The position numbers and the translations under genes are program-made. Below the pieces are notes generated by a model. That model searched no databases and had not been told where the DNA came from. It saw nothing but the letters and a program-made list of their open reading frames with translations. Shown here one piece after another: positions 1-9,544 of a DNA stretch of 64,000 bases (position 1 is the first letter of the stretch; each line of letters begins with the position of its first letter). The stretch is from an uncultured Chloroflexia bacterium. Lineage in GTDB: Bacteria > Chloroflexota > Limnocylindria > Limnocylindrales > CSP1-4. Location of the stretch: assembly GCA_963819655.1 (NCBI GenBank), contig CAWFXA010000001.1, positions 288,001-352,000 of the forward strand, in the 5' to 3' direction.

Positions 1-536
1 TCGCGCCGGATTCGCTCGGCCTGCTCGGCGCCGCCGAGGTTGCCGGGCGACGTGCGGAAGTCGATCGTCTAGACGAACGAGCGCGCCGACTGGCGCATGA
101 TCACGAACACCTGGCGGGCGTTGATCGCGATCTCGCACGCGCCGCCAGACCCCGGCAGGCGCGTTTTCGGGTGGTCGTACGCGCCGATGACCGTGGTGTT
201 GATGTTGCCGAATCGGTCGATCTGGGCGGCACCCAGGAAGCCGACGTCGATCAGGCCGCCCTGGAGGTAGTAGCCGAACAGCTCGAGCATGCTGACGACG
301 GCGGTCGACCCGGTGACGATGGTCGGGTCGCCGATGCTGAGCGGCAGCCGCTGGGGACGTGCGCCGAAGACGCCGGCCTCGTACACGAGCTCGATTTCTG
401 GCGCGACCGTGCGCTGGGCGAGGTTGACTGCGATGTTCGGCAGGCCGACACCCACGAAGCAGACGCGCTGGCCCTCGAGGGCACGGGCCGCGGCCACGAT
501 CATCATCTCGGACTTGCTGAATGCGGGAGCGGTCAT
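1..536 (-). CDS. Family I CoA-transferase beta subunit (glutaconate/3-oxoadipate CoA-transferase B-like), interrupted by in-frame TAG at 69-71; runs off window edge
   Basis: ATG at 536; motifs VGVGLPN, YEAG (catalytic Glu), GFLGAAQIDRFGNIN, LPGSGGA. After TAG the same frame continues TIDFRTSPGNLGG, as expected for the family. Confidence 0.85.
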
Positions 537-543
537 CGCCGGC

Positions 544-738
544 TCACGCGTGCACCATGTGACCGTATCTGCGATCGAGGGAGTCCTCGGCGTCGCGAAT
601 GTGCACGCTCTGCACAGACTGGGGCTGGAGGAAGCGCTCGTTGCCGATCTGGTGCACGACTTGAGCAGGGGCGACGACGAGGCTTCTCCCAACCTCCCGA
701 ATGGTCACCACCAGCACATCGACGCGTTCCCGACTCAT
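544..738 (-). CDS. Small hypothetical protein (64 aa)
   Basis: ATG overlaps the alpha-subunit TGA (ATGA) and the ORF ends 7 nt before the beta-subunit start; no recognisable motif. Confidence 0.45.
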   Translation of the reverse strand: MSRERVDVLVVTIREVGRSLVVAPAQVVHQIGNERFLQPQSVQSVHIRDAEDSLDRRYGHMVHA

Positions 739-1661
739 CGATAGGTCCCGTAGTCGACCGAGCCCGACGGGGCCGGCTCGGTCGGGCGCAGTGCCGCCAC
801 CCGCTCCGAGCCGAGCTTCTCGAGGTAGGCCGCGCGGCCGTCGAGGTCATAGACCCAGTCGCGCAACCACGCCTGGACGGCGTCCTCGTCGCGGGTGATG
901 GGATCCCAGTCGAGATAGAACCGGTTGTCACGATCGTAGGCGCCCTGGACGTACGAGGGATGTGCCCCCCACGGCTCCACGACGACTGCGTCCACGATCA
1001 GGCCGGGGATGATCGTCCGGTTCGGGTCCGCGCGGATGACCGCCTCATCGACGACCTCCTCGGCCACGACGATGACCCGATCGGCAGCGAAGGCGACCTC
1101 CTTCTGGCAACCGAGGAGGCCCCACACCTGGGTGTCGCCACCGGCCGACGCGCGCTGCGCGTGGACGATCGCGACGTCCGGCTTGAGGGGCGGGACGGCG
1201 TAGACGACGCCGTCGTCGTACGGCGACGAGATCTGTCGTATGAGCGGGTTCACGACGGGCAGGTCGGTCTCGAAATACGAACGGAGCGGGAAGAACGGCA
1301 GGTTCATCGCCCCGGCGGTGTAGCGGCCGACCATCCCGAAGTGGCTGTACTCCTCGATCGCGAGGGGTTGATCCGGGATGTCGCCCTCGATCCGCCGACG
1401 GATCGCGCCGAGCCCGCCGACGCCCGGATTGCCGAGCCAGCTGAAGATCAGCTTGCTGGCGACGCCGCCCGCGATCATCTGGTCGTAGATGACGTCCGGT
1501 GTCAGTCGGGCCAGCGTCAGGTCGCGCTTGCGCTGCCGGATGATCTCGTGCCCGGCGGCGAAGCTGATGAGGTGGGTGAACCCCTCGATCGCCACCGTGT
1601 CCCCGTCCTTGACGAGGTCGGCCACGGCGTCAAGCATCGACGCGGTTTTGTCGGTACTCAT
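735..1661 (-). CDS. Family I CoA-transferase alpha subunit
   Basis: MSTDKTASMLDAVADLVKDGDTVAIEGFTHLI, EEYSHFG, PDVAIVHAQRA, GAHPSYVQGAYDRD; adjacent to the beta subunit. Confidence 0.9.
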   Translation of the reverse strand: MSTDKTASMLDAVADLVKDGDTVAIEGFTHLISFAAGHEIIRQRKRDLTLARLTPDVIYDQMIAGGVASKLIFSWLGNPGVGGLGAIRRRIEGDIPDQPLAIEEYSHFGMVGRYTAGAMNLPFFPLRSYFETDLPVVNPLIRQISSPYDDGVVYAVPPLKPDVAIVHAQRASAGGDTQVWGLLGCQKEVAFAADRVIVVAEEVVDEAVIRADPNRTIIPGLIVDAVVVEPWGAHPSYVQGAYDRDNRFYLDWDPITRDEDAVQAWLRDWVYDLDGRAAYLEKLGSERVAALRPTEPAPSGSVDYGTYR

Positions 1662-1708
1662 CGGGCGATGATGACAGCCCGTGGCGTGCACCGACTGAGG
1701 AGGGATCG

Positions 1709-2581
1709 ATGACTGATACGACGGCAACGCCGGTGCCTGACGAGACCGGCGCGCCGCGACATGGCAACGCCTACAACATCTTCATCCTCGTCCTGACCAT
1801 CTTCTCGCTGGCGGTCATGGTGCTGCTCATCCTGCCGCTCGGCGAGGCGACCCTCGAGGTATTGCGGTTCTACGACAACGCGATCTGCGTCGTGTTCCTG
1901 ATCGACTTTGCCGCCAACCTCATGACGACGCGGTCGAAGCGCGATTACTTCATCGGCAATCGCGGTTGGCTCGACTTGATCGGCTCGATCCCGAGCTTCG
2001 GCTTCTTCCCGGCTGCCGGCCTGTTCCGGATCGCTCGGCTGAGTCGGTTCGCGCGGATCACCCGACTGCTCCGTGGCAACAACCGGCGTCAGCTCGTCCA
2101 GGACGTCCTGCGCAATCGCGGGCAGTACGCCCTCTTCATCACAGTGCTGTCCGCATTCGTAGTGCTCGCCGTGTCGTCGGTGCTGATGGTCCAGTTCGAG
2201 AGCCAGTCCCCGGACGCCAACATCGAGACCGGTGGCGACGCGCTCTGGTGGGGCTTCACGACCATCACCACGGTGGGCTACGGCGATCAGTTCCCCGTGA
2301 CACAGCTCGGCCGGGCCACGGCCGTCTTGGTCATGTTCGCCGGTGTCGGGATCATCGGGTCTCTGGCCAGCATCCTGGCCAGCCTTCTGGTGCCGCCCGC
2401 GGAGACGGACCCGGGGGCGGATGCAGGTCTGCGCAGCTCGGTCCGCGCGCTCCCGACCGATCTCGTCCAGGAACTCGCGGCTATCAGGGCGGAGCTGGCT
2501 GATCTGCGGTCGATGCTCGTCGACGATCGGCCGCGCTTGTCGGATAGGACGCCGTGCCCGATCGAGGGCTCCCGGCCATGA
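1709..2581 (+). CDS. Voltage-gated-type potassium channel (6TM ion transporter)
   Basis: Selectivity filter TITTVGYGD, pore helix ALWW, Arg-rich S4 (RIARLSRFARITR); RBS GAGGAGG. Confidence 0.92.
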   Translation: MTDTTATPVPDETGAPRHGNAYNIFILVLTIFSLAVMVLLILPLGEATLEVLRFYDNAICVVFLIDFAANLMTTRSKRDYFIGNRGWLDLIGSIPSFGFFPAAGLFRIARLSRFARITRLLRGNNRRQLVQDVLRNRGQYALFITVLSAFVVLAVSSVLMVQFESQSPDANIETGGDALWWGFTTITTVGYGDQFPVTQLGRATAVLVMFAGVGIIGSLASILASLLVPPAETDPGADAGLRSSVRALPTDLVQELAAIRAELADLRSMLVDDRPRLSDRTPCPIEGSRP

Positions 2582-2586
2582 CCGCA

Positions 2587-3946
2587 TCAGCCGGCCGCTT
2601 CGACCCCACTGACGCACCGGCGTCCGTCGCAGCCCGCAGGGGGCCGCGTCGTCGCCGGTGACGTCGGCCACAGCCTCGGTGAAGATCCGGAGCGCTGTCG
2701 CCATCTCAGCCTCGCTGACGGTCAGTGCGGGCGACATCCTGACGCTCGAGACGCCGCATTCGAGCACGAGCAACCCGCGCTGGAAGCTGGCCCACTGGAC
2801 CTCTTCGGCGTGCTGGGCAGTGTCGAACTCCACGCCGAGCATCAGGCCCTTCCCGCGCACGTCACGGACGAGACCGTCGAAGCGCCCGATCAGCGGGCGG
2901 AGCCCGGCCAGCGCCTGTTCGCCCCGGGCTGCGGCGTTCGCGATGAGCCCGCCCTCGAGGAGGTCGATCGTGACGAGGCTCGCGGCACAGGCGACCGGGT
3001 TGCCGCCGTACGTCGAGCCGTGGGTGCCGGGGCCCCACGTCTCCATCAGGTCCTTCCGCGCGATCATCGCGCCGAGCGGCATCCCGCTGGCGATGCCCTT
3101 CGCGGTCAGGACGATGTCGGGCCGGACACCCCAATGGTCGACCGCCCACATCCTTCCCGTCCGACCGGCGCCGGACTGGATCTCGTCGGCGATGAGCAGG
3201 ATGCCGTGGCGATCGCAGAGCTCACGCAGGCCCTGGAGGAAGCCGTCCTCCGGGACGATATAGCCGCCTTCGCCCTGGATCGGCTCGACGATGATCGCCG
3301 CCACCTCGTCGGCCGGGGCGAGCTTGTCGAACAGGACCTCGTCGAACCAGCGCAGGTCATCGACCCGGCCGAACGGAGCGTGGAAGACGCCCGGCAGCAG
3401 CGGCCCGAAGCCCGCGTGGTACTTGGCCTTGGACGCCGTCAGCGAGACCGCCCCGTACGTTCGCCCGTGGAACGCCCCGAGGAAGGCGACGATGTACGGA
3501 CGCTTGGTCGCGAACCGGGCGAGCTTGATCGCGGCTTCGACCGCCTCGGCGCCGGAGTTGCCGAGGTACGTGCGCGCCGGCCCGTCGATCGGGGCGATCT
3601 CGGCCAGTCGCTGACAGACCTCCGGGTAGATCGGCAGGTAGAAGTCGGCCGCGGAGAAATGGATGAGCTCGGCGGCCTGCTCCTTGATCGCCGCCACGAC
3701 CTGGGGGTGCGAATGGCCCGTGGAGTTGACGGCGATCCCGGCGGCGAAGTCGAGGAAGAGGTTGCCGTCGATGTCCTCGACGGTCAGCCCCTCGCCCCGG
3801 ACCGGGACGATCGGGTATGCCCGGGGAAGGCTCGGCGACGTCCACGTCTCGTCGTAGGCAACGTGGGCCCGGGCCTTGGGGCCCGGTAGCTCCGTGACGA
3901 TGTCGGGGACGGGGCGATCACCGGCGATCCGCGCGGCCGTTGACAA
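2587..3946 (-). CDS. Class III PLP aminotransferase (4-aminobutyrate/acetylornithine aminotransferase-like); last ~60 nt apparently frameshifted
   Basis: DIDGNLFLDFAAGIAV, NSGAEAVEAA, FHGRT, EPIQGEGG, DEIQSGAGRTG, TAKGIASG. TTG start at 3946 with GAGGTG RBS. Two apparent 1-nt losses near 2610-2645 would restore LRAATDAG.SGVEAAG* ending at TGA 2587-2589. Confidence 0.9.
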
Positions 3947-3949
3947 GGG

Positions 3950-4038
3950 GCACCTCGGGCATGCTCGGCTGCATAGCAAGTATGCAGAGTGGATACTCGC
4001 GGCGGAGTATAGCCGAGCGCCAGGTGGCTTCGAGGTGC
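3950..4038 (-). other. Predicted three-way-junction RNA structure filling the intergenic region upstream of the aminotransferase
   Basis: Nested complementary segments GCACCTCG/CGAGGTGC, GCTCGGCT/AGCCGAGC, ATACTC/GAGTAT, GCATA/TATGC; also contains a TATACT -10-like hexamer. Confidence 0.45.
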
Positions 4039-4042
4039 GCTG

Positions 4043-4639
4043 TCAGTCCGTCGATCGGCGGCGTCGGGACGCGATCACACCCGCGCCGAGGACGCCGACG
4101 ACGGCACCGAGCCCTAGCCCTGCCAGGGCCGCGGCGGCGAGCGGTGCGGGGTCGGAGCCGATGGTCGTGGTGGCGGCCACAGCCTGCGCATCAGGCGATG
4201 TCACGGCGGGGTCAGACGCGGCGGTCGCGGCAGCGTCCCCGGCCGCCGCCGTCGCTTCCCCACGAACGACGATCGCCCCGACCATCCCCGGATGCAGCGG
4301 ACACGAGAACGGATACGTCCCGGCCGCGTCGAACGTCTCCGCGTACTCGGCGCCGACCGGCAGGATGGCACTCCCCCACGTCCCCGACCGACCGACGACC
4401 GCGTGCTCGATGTTCGAGGTGTTCAGGAACCGGACCGTCGTCCCGACCGCGACGCGGTTGATGGTCGGCGAGAAACTGCACACGTCCATCCGGATCACGG
4501 TGTTGCCGTCGCTTTCGGTGTACGCGCTGCCATCGTTCCCGTGACAGCCGCCGCCGGCTTGGGTTGCAGGCGCCGCGAGCGCCGCGACCAGGAGCAGGAA
4601 CGGGGTCAACGCGGTGGCGACGACGGAACGACGTGTCAT
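4043..4639 (-). CDS. Secreted, membrane-anchored cupredoxin (plastocyanin/azurin family)
   Basis: Signal peptide; FSP..VAVGTTVRFLN..EH; YPFSCPLHPGMVGAIVV type-1 copper ligands; C-terminal TM plus Arg tail; RBS AAGGAG. Confidence 0.88.
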   Translation of the reverse strand: MTRRSVVATALTPFLLLVAALAAPATQAGGGCHGNDGSAYTESDGNTVIRMDVCSFSPTINRVAVGTTVRFLNTSNIEHAVVGRSGTWGSAILPVGAEYAETFDAAGTYPFSCPLHPGMVGAIVVRGEATAAAGDAAATAASDPAVTSPDAQAVAATTTIGSDPAPLAAAALAGLGLGAVVGVLGAGVIASRRRRSTD

Positions 4640-4736
4640 GCCGGTGATCTCCTTGTGTTCACCGCCCATACACCTCTCGACGGGTCCGGGTTCCCCGGCC
4701 CTCACCGGCGGCCCGCCGGGCTGGCCGCCCCGAACC

Positions 4737-6317
4737 CTAGTCGACGATGGTGCGGGACTGTTCGCGCATGAACTGCGCCACGTAGTACATCGACAGGCCG
4801 GCCTTGCCGGTCGAGCCACTGCCCTTCCAGCCTCCGAAGGCCTGGATGCCCGGCCACGCGCCGGTGGTCGCCCCTGCGCGCCGGTTGACATACAGCACCC
4901 CGGCCTGGATCCGGTCGAGGAACGTCTGTACCTCGGCCTTGTCCTCGCTGTATACACCGGCGGTGAGCCCGTAGATCGTGTCGTTGGCCAGCGTCAGCGC
5001 CTCGTCCAGCGAATCGACAGCATGAACGGCTGTGAGCGGCGCGAAGAACTCGTCGCGGAACAGGCGGTGGTCGGCCGGCAGGCCACCGACCACAGTCGGC
5101 TCGACGTAGAAGCCACGGGCCAGGTCGCCCTCGTCCAGGCGTTCCCCACCGATCAGCACCTGGCCGTCGCGTCGCGCCTCGCTCACCGCCTGCTGATGGC
5201 GATCGACAGCCCGCTCATCGATGATCGGGCCGAGCCAGTTCTGGCGGACCATCGGATCGCCGATCACGATCGACTCCGTCTTCTCGACCAGCAGCCGGAC
5301 GAGCTCATCGTGGACCGGTCGCTCGACGTAGACGCGTGAGTTCGCCGAGCACTTCTGACCGCCGAAGCCGAACGCGGAGCGCATGATCCCCTCGGCCGCC
5401 TCATCGAGATCGGCCGAGCGCGTGACGATCGCCGGGTTCTTGCCGCCCATCTCGACGATGCATGGGCGCGGCCACGTCTTGCTGAACGAGTGGAACAGCT
5501 GCATCCCCACGGCATACGAGCCGGTGAAGACGATGCCGTCGATGTCAGGGTGGTCCTGGAGCGCCTGACCGACGGTCTCGCCCGGGCCCATCACCATGTT
5601 GACCACGCCCTTCGGCACACCCGCGTCGATGTACGCCTGGAGCATGTTCTGCGCTGACAGCGGCGACGCCGAGGACGGCTTTATCACTACCGCGTTGCCG
5701 GCCATCATCGCCGCGCTCGATGGCCCGGTCGCGAGCGCCATGGGGAAGTTGAACGGGCTCACGACCGCGAACACGCCGTGCGGGCGCAGGATCGAGCGGG
5801 TGTGGACCGACGTATCCCCGAGGTTGCCCATCGGGTGGTCGTACCCGTCGTTGTCCTCCATGGTCTGCGCGTAGTAGCGGATGAGGTCGGCCAATTCCTC
5901 GACTTCGCCGAGCGACTCGATGCGGTTCTTGCCGACCTCGTAGCTCATCGCCGCCGAGTATTCGAACAGGCGGTCGCTGATCAGCTCCGCCGCGCGACGA
6001 AGGATCTCCAGGCGCTCCCGCCACGGGGTCGCGGCCCAGGCGGGCTGGGCGCGGCGCGCCGCCGCGACTGCCTCGTCGATGTCTGACGGCGTGCCGCTGG
6101 CGAACGTCCCGAGGAGGATCTCCGTATCGATCGGCGAGCGGGCTTCGAACGTCCCGACCCCGTCCCGCCAGGCACCATCGATGTAGTTCCGGTGATTGGC
6201 GCCGAGCTCACCGCGGACCTTGGTCGCGGCCTCCTCGAAGCCGGAATGCAGATCCTCGTTGTCGGCACGCAATGTGGCGTACGTGACCTTGATGCGAGGC
6301 TTGGCCTCGGACGTCAT
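4737..6317 (-). CDS. Aldehyde dehydrogenase, 1-pyrroline-5-carboxylate dehydrogenase-like
   Basis: SPFNFP, FTGS, EMGGKNP, GQKCSA, EFFAP, FGGWKGSG. Confidence 0.92.
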   Translation of the reverse strand: MTSEAKPRIKVTYATLRADNEDLHSGFEEAATKVRGELGANHRNYIDGAWRDGVGTFEARSPIDTEILLGTFASGTPSDIDEAVAAARRAQPAWAATPWRERLEILRRAAELISDRLFEYSAAMSYEVGKNRIESLGEVEELADLIRYYAQTMEDNDGYDHPMGNLGDTSVHTRSILRPHGVFAVVSPFNFPMALATGPSSAAMMAGNAVVIKPSSASPLSAQNMLQAYIDAGVPKGVVNMVMGPGETVGQALQDHPDIDGIVFTGSYAVGMQLFHSFSKTWPRPCIVEMGGKNPAIVTRSADLDEAAEGIMRSAFGFGGQKCSANSRVYVERPVHDELVRLLVEKTESIVIGDPMVRQNWLGPIIDERAVDRHQQAVSEARRDGQVLIGGERLDEGDLARGFYVEPTVVGGLPADHRLFRDEFFAPLTAVHAVDSLDEALTLANDTIYGLTAGVYSEDKAEVQTFLDRIQAGVLYVNRRAGATTGAWPGIQAFGGWKGSGSTGKAGLSMYYVAQFMREQSRTIVD

Positions 6318-6357
6318 AGCGGATCCCTCGTTCGTCGGTGGGTCGGCAGCGTGACCG

Positions 6358-7089
6358 TCAGTCTACGTCGAGTGGCCGCGGCGGCTGGCCGTCGTCGGCG
6401 GCAGAAGGGTCGCCGAACACGGCCTCGACATGGATGCCTTCGGTCATCGTGATCGTCACCCGCCGGGCGCCGGCCTTCATCGCCGCGGTCCGCGCCGTCT
6501 CGGCCAGCTCCGCCTGCAGCTCGAGGAGGCTCGCCGGAGGACCCGATCGCTGGTCGTCGGTCGAGCCCGGCCCCCACGGGGAGTACATCGAGAGCTGCTG
6601 GTTGACCCGGGCCAGCACCGCGGTCGCGCGCTCGAACGCACCCGGCGCGTCGGGATCGATGCCGCGCAGCTGGCCCCTCGCCTCGGCCTCGAAACGCGCA
6701 AGGTCCACGGGTGTCGGCGGCGTGAACTCGGGCATCGACGGGGCGAGCAGGATCCCGGCACCCACTGCGTAGCCGACGAGCCCGGCGGCAAGGCTCAGCA
6801 CCAGGTCGACGGTCTGCGGCGTCGTGATGGTCGGAAACAGGAGCGGGCCGAGCTGCGCCGCGACGATGAAGCCGATGGCATAGCCGGTCGCCCCCCAGCC
6901 GGCGCGGATCACGAGCGCCGCGACGACCGCGATCGCGGCTGGAGCCAACAGGGTGACGACGGGACCGGACCAACCGGCACCGGCAACGAGACCACCCGCG
7001 ACCAGGATCTGCCCGGCGGCCCCGAACGCCGCTCCGAGGAGCACGTTGAGCCAGATCGGTCGTGTCGTCGAGAACGGGGAGCCCCACAT
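6358..7089 (-). CDS. Hypothetical membrane protein
   Basis: About four N-terminal hydrophobic helices plus a soluble C-terminus; GAGGGG RBS; co-directional with neighbours. Confidence 0.7.
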   Translation of the reverse strand: MWGSPFSTTRPIWLNVLLGAAFGAAGQILVAGGLVAGAGWSGPVVTLLAPAAIAVVAALVIRAGWGATGYAIGFIVAAQLGPLLFPTITTPQTVDLVLSLAAGLVGYAVGAGILLAPSMPEFTPPTPVDLARFEAEARGQLRGIDPDAPGAFERATAVLARVNQQLSMYSPWGPGSTDDQRSGPPASLLELQAELAETARTAAMKAGARRVTITMTEGIHVEAVFGDPSAADDGQPPRPLDVD

Positions 7090-7109
7090 GTCGATCCCCT
7101 CGTTACGCG

Positions 7110-7979
7110 CTAGCCGAGCGCCCTGACCACAGCGGCCAGGTCGGGCGCCACGGCGTCCGGGCGGCGCCCGCCGCGCTCGTTCGCGGCGGCCTCGATGTCG
7201 GCCTCGCCGTGCTTCCCGGACAGGACGAGGATGCCACGCAAACCGGCTCGCTGGGCGGCCCGGATATCGGTGCGCACGTCGTCGCCGACCATCGCGATGT
7301 CGCCGCGGGCTAGGTCGCGACCCGCCTCTCGGCGGAGGTCGCGGACACCCTGCGAGAAGAACGCCGCAGACGGCTTACCGACGATCGTGGCGGGCCGCTC
7401 GGTGGCGAACTCGAGTCCGCTCACGAACGCGCCGGAGTCGAGCGTCGGACCGTCTGGGGTGAGCCACCAGGCGTTGCGATGCATGCCGACGAGGACCGCA
7501 CCATCGAGGATCAGGCGGAACGCCCGGTTGAGGTTGTCATAGGTCGCCTCCTCGGGCGAGTCCCCGATCACCACGGCCGCCGCGGTCGCCCCACGCTTCC
7601 CGGCCTCCTCGTGGGTCAGCAGCCGCTGTCCCCCGAATTCGGACCTGGCGTCCTCCGAGGCGAGCACGTAGAGCGGCTGATCCCGGAAGTGGCGTGCCGT
7701 CCAGGCTGCGGACGCCGAGAGCGCCGACTCGAAGCGAGAGGCGGGGATCGGGGCTCCGAGCTTGGTCGACCAGCGCGCGAGCGTCTCCCGGCTCACCGCT
7801 GACGTGTTCGTGACGATCCGGTAGGGCGTCCGGCGGCGTTCGAGCTCGGCGATCGCATCGGCCGCGCCGGGGATGGCCTGGCCGGCCAGCACGATGACGC
7901 CGTCGAGGTCGAGCAGGAGAGCCCGCACGCCGGCCAGTGCCGTGCCGAGGTCGGTCGGCGGACGGGAGCGGTGGGGCAT
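7110..7979 (-). CDS. HAD-IIA family hydrolase
   Basis: LLDLDGV, VTNTS, GKPS, MVGDDVRTDI, SGKH. Confidence 0.9.
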   Translation of the reverse strand: MPHRSRPPTDLGTALAGVRALLLDLDGVIVLAGQAIPGAADAIAELERRRTPYRIVTNTSAVSRETLARWSTKLGAPIPASRFESALSASAAWTARHFRDQPLYVLASEDARSEFGGQRLLTHEEAGKRGATAAAVVIGDSPEEATYDNLNRAFRLILDGAVLVGMHRNAWWLTPDGPTLDSGAFVSGLEFATERPATIVGKPSAAFFSQGVRDLRREAGRDLARGDIAMVGDDVRTDIRAAQRAGLRGILVLSGKHGEADIEAAANERGGRRPDAVAPDLAAVVRALG

Positions 7980-8009
7980 GATGGAAGCCTATCGGAACGG
8001 AGGTGCCGG

Positions 8010-8792
8010 ATGGGTCTGCTCGAGGGCAAGAACGCGCTGGTGTTCGGCGTCGCGAACGACCATTCGATCGCGTGGGGCATCGCCAAGGCCCTCCACGCCG
8101 AGGGCGCCTCAGTCGGCTTCTCGTCGATCGAGAGCCTGATCGAGAAGCGCGTCCGGCCGCTCGCGGATTCGATCGGGTCGACCTTCGTCGAGCCGTGCGA
8201 CGTCCAGTCGGACGCGGATATCGAGCGCGTCTTCCGCCGCTGGGGCGAGACGACCGACCATCTTGACATCCTCGTTCATGCCCTCGCGTTCGCGAAGCGC
8301 GAAGACCTGGCCGGCGGCTTCGTCGACACGTCGCGCGACGGGTTCGCGCTGGCCATGGACGTGTCCGCCTACTCGCTGGTGGCAGTGGCCCGTGGTGCGC
8401 GGCCGCTTCTCCGGCCAGGCTCCTCAGTGCTGACGCTCACCTACTACGGCGCCGAGAAGGTGGTCTCGAACTACAACGTGATGGGTGTGGCCAAGGCCGC
8501 GCTGGAGGCATCCGTCCGCTATCTCGCCGCCGACCTCGGCCCGGACGGGGTTCGCGTCAACGCGATCAGCGCGGGTCCGATCAGGACGCTCGCGGCCGCA
8601 GGCATCGCCGGCTTCAAGAAGATGTACGGCGCGTTCGACGATGTCGCGCCGCTGCGCTCGAACATCTCCATCGGGGACGTCGGCAAGACGGCGGTCTACC
8701 TCGCGTCGGACCTGTCGAGTGCCGTGACCGGCGAGGTCATCCACGTCGACGGCGGGTTCAACATCGTCGGCGTCCCGACCGGCGGCGAGTAG
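8010..8792 (+). CDS. fabI: Enoyl-ACP reductase FabI
   Basis: GVANDHSIAWGIA, YYGAEKVVSNYNVMGVAKAALE, ISAGPIRTLAA; GGAGG RBS. Confidence 0.95.
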   Translation: MGLLEGKNALVFGVANDHSIAWGIAKALHAEGASVGFSSIESLIEKRVRPLADSIGSTFVEPCDVQSDADIERVFRRWGETTDHLDILVHALAFAKREDLAGGFVDTSRDGFALAMDVSAYSLVAVARGARPLLRPGSSVLTLTYYGAEKVVSNYNVMGVAKAALEASVRYLAADLGPDGVRVNAISAGPIRTLAAAGIAGFKKMYGAFDDVAPLRSNISIGDVGKTAVYLASDLSSAVTGEVIHVDGGFNIVGVPTGGE

Positions 8793-8800
8793 ACCCGGGC

Positions 8801-9544
8801 TCAGCCTCCGGCCAGGCCACGGACCAGCGCCTCGAGGTCGGCGACCGACAATGCGCCGGTCGTGCGCGCCCTCACATTCCCGTCCGGCCCGATGAACACC
8901 CAGAACGGGTACGCGCTGAGGCCGTACGCGTTCGCGACGCTGTTGGTCGGGTCGACGATGACCGGGACGGTCCAGCCCTCGCGTGCCAGCCACGCCTCGG
9001 GTGGATAGTTCGGCGCGGATGGGTCGATCCCGGTCGCGACCGACACGAGGTCGAGTCCCGCTGGCACGCCGCCCGCGTTGACCCACGCCTGGATCACCGG
9101 CACCTCCTGTTGGCAATGGGGGCACCAATGGGCGAGGAAGACCACGACCTTGGGCCGCCCGTCGGCAGCGATCGTCACGGGCTTGCCGGTGAAGTCCGCA
9201 CCGGTCACCCCCGGGGCGACCTGCCCGACGGCGGGATCGCCGTCCGGACCCTCGAACTGCGGGAGCGGACTACCAGTGATGACCGGGGCCTGGGCCGCCA
9301 GCCCTGACCCCGATCCGCCCGGGCCACCGCTCGCCGCCGACGGCGGCACGGATGAGCTCCCGCCGCCGGGCGGCGCCCCACTTCCAGGCAGGACGATGGC
9401 CAGGATCGCAGCCACGACCACGGCCGCCGCGATCAGCCCGGGGAGTAGCCACCGGGAGGCGGGTGTGCGGCGGGTCGTCGCCCGGCGGGCTTCTGCGCGC
9501 TGGGCTTCGCGGCGGGCGCGGCGATCGCCGGGGCTCGAAGTCAT
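8801..9544 (-). CDS. Membrane-anchored TlpA-like thiol-disulfide oxidoreductase
   Basis: N-terminal TM; FLAHWCPHCQQE; YGLSAYPFWVFI; ATGA overlap with dsbB. Confidence 0.88.
   Translation of the reverse strand: MTSSPGDRRARREAQRAEARRATTRRTPASRWLLPGLIAAAVVVAAILAIVLPGSGAPPGGGSSSVPPSAASGGPGGSGSGLAAQAPVITGSPLPQFEGPDGDPAVGQVAPGVTGADFTGKPVTIAADGRPKVVVFLAHWCPHCQQEVPVIQAWVNAGGVPAGLDLVSVATGIDPSAPNYPPEAWLAREGWTVPVIVDPTNSVANAYGLSAYPFWVFIGPDGNVRARTTGALSVADLEALVRGLAGG

Noticed and set aside
1658-3979. 773-aa aminotransferase with a long C-terminal extension
   Set aside because: The extension is the antisense of the K+ channel gene; apparent 1-nt losses near 2610-2645 bypass the natural stop at 2587, probably through sequence error.
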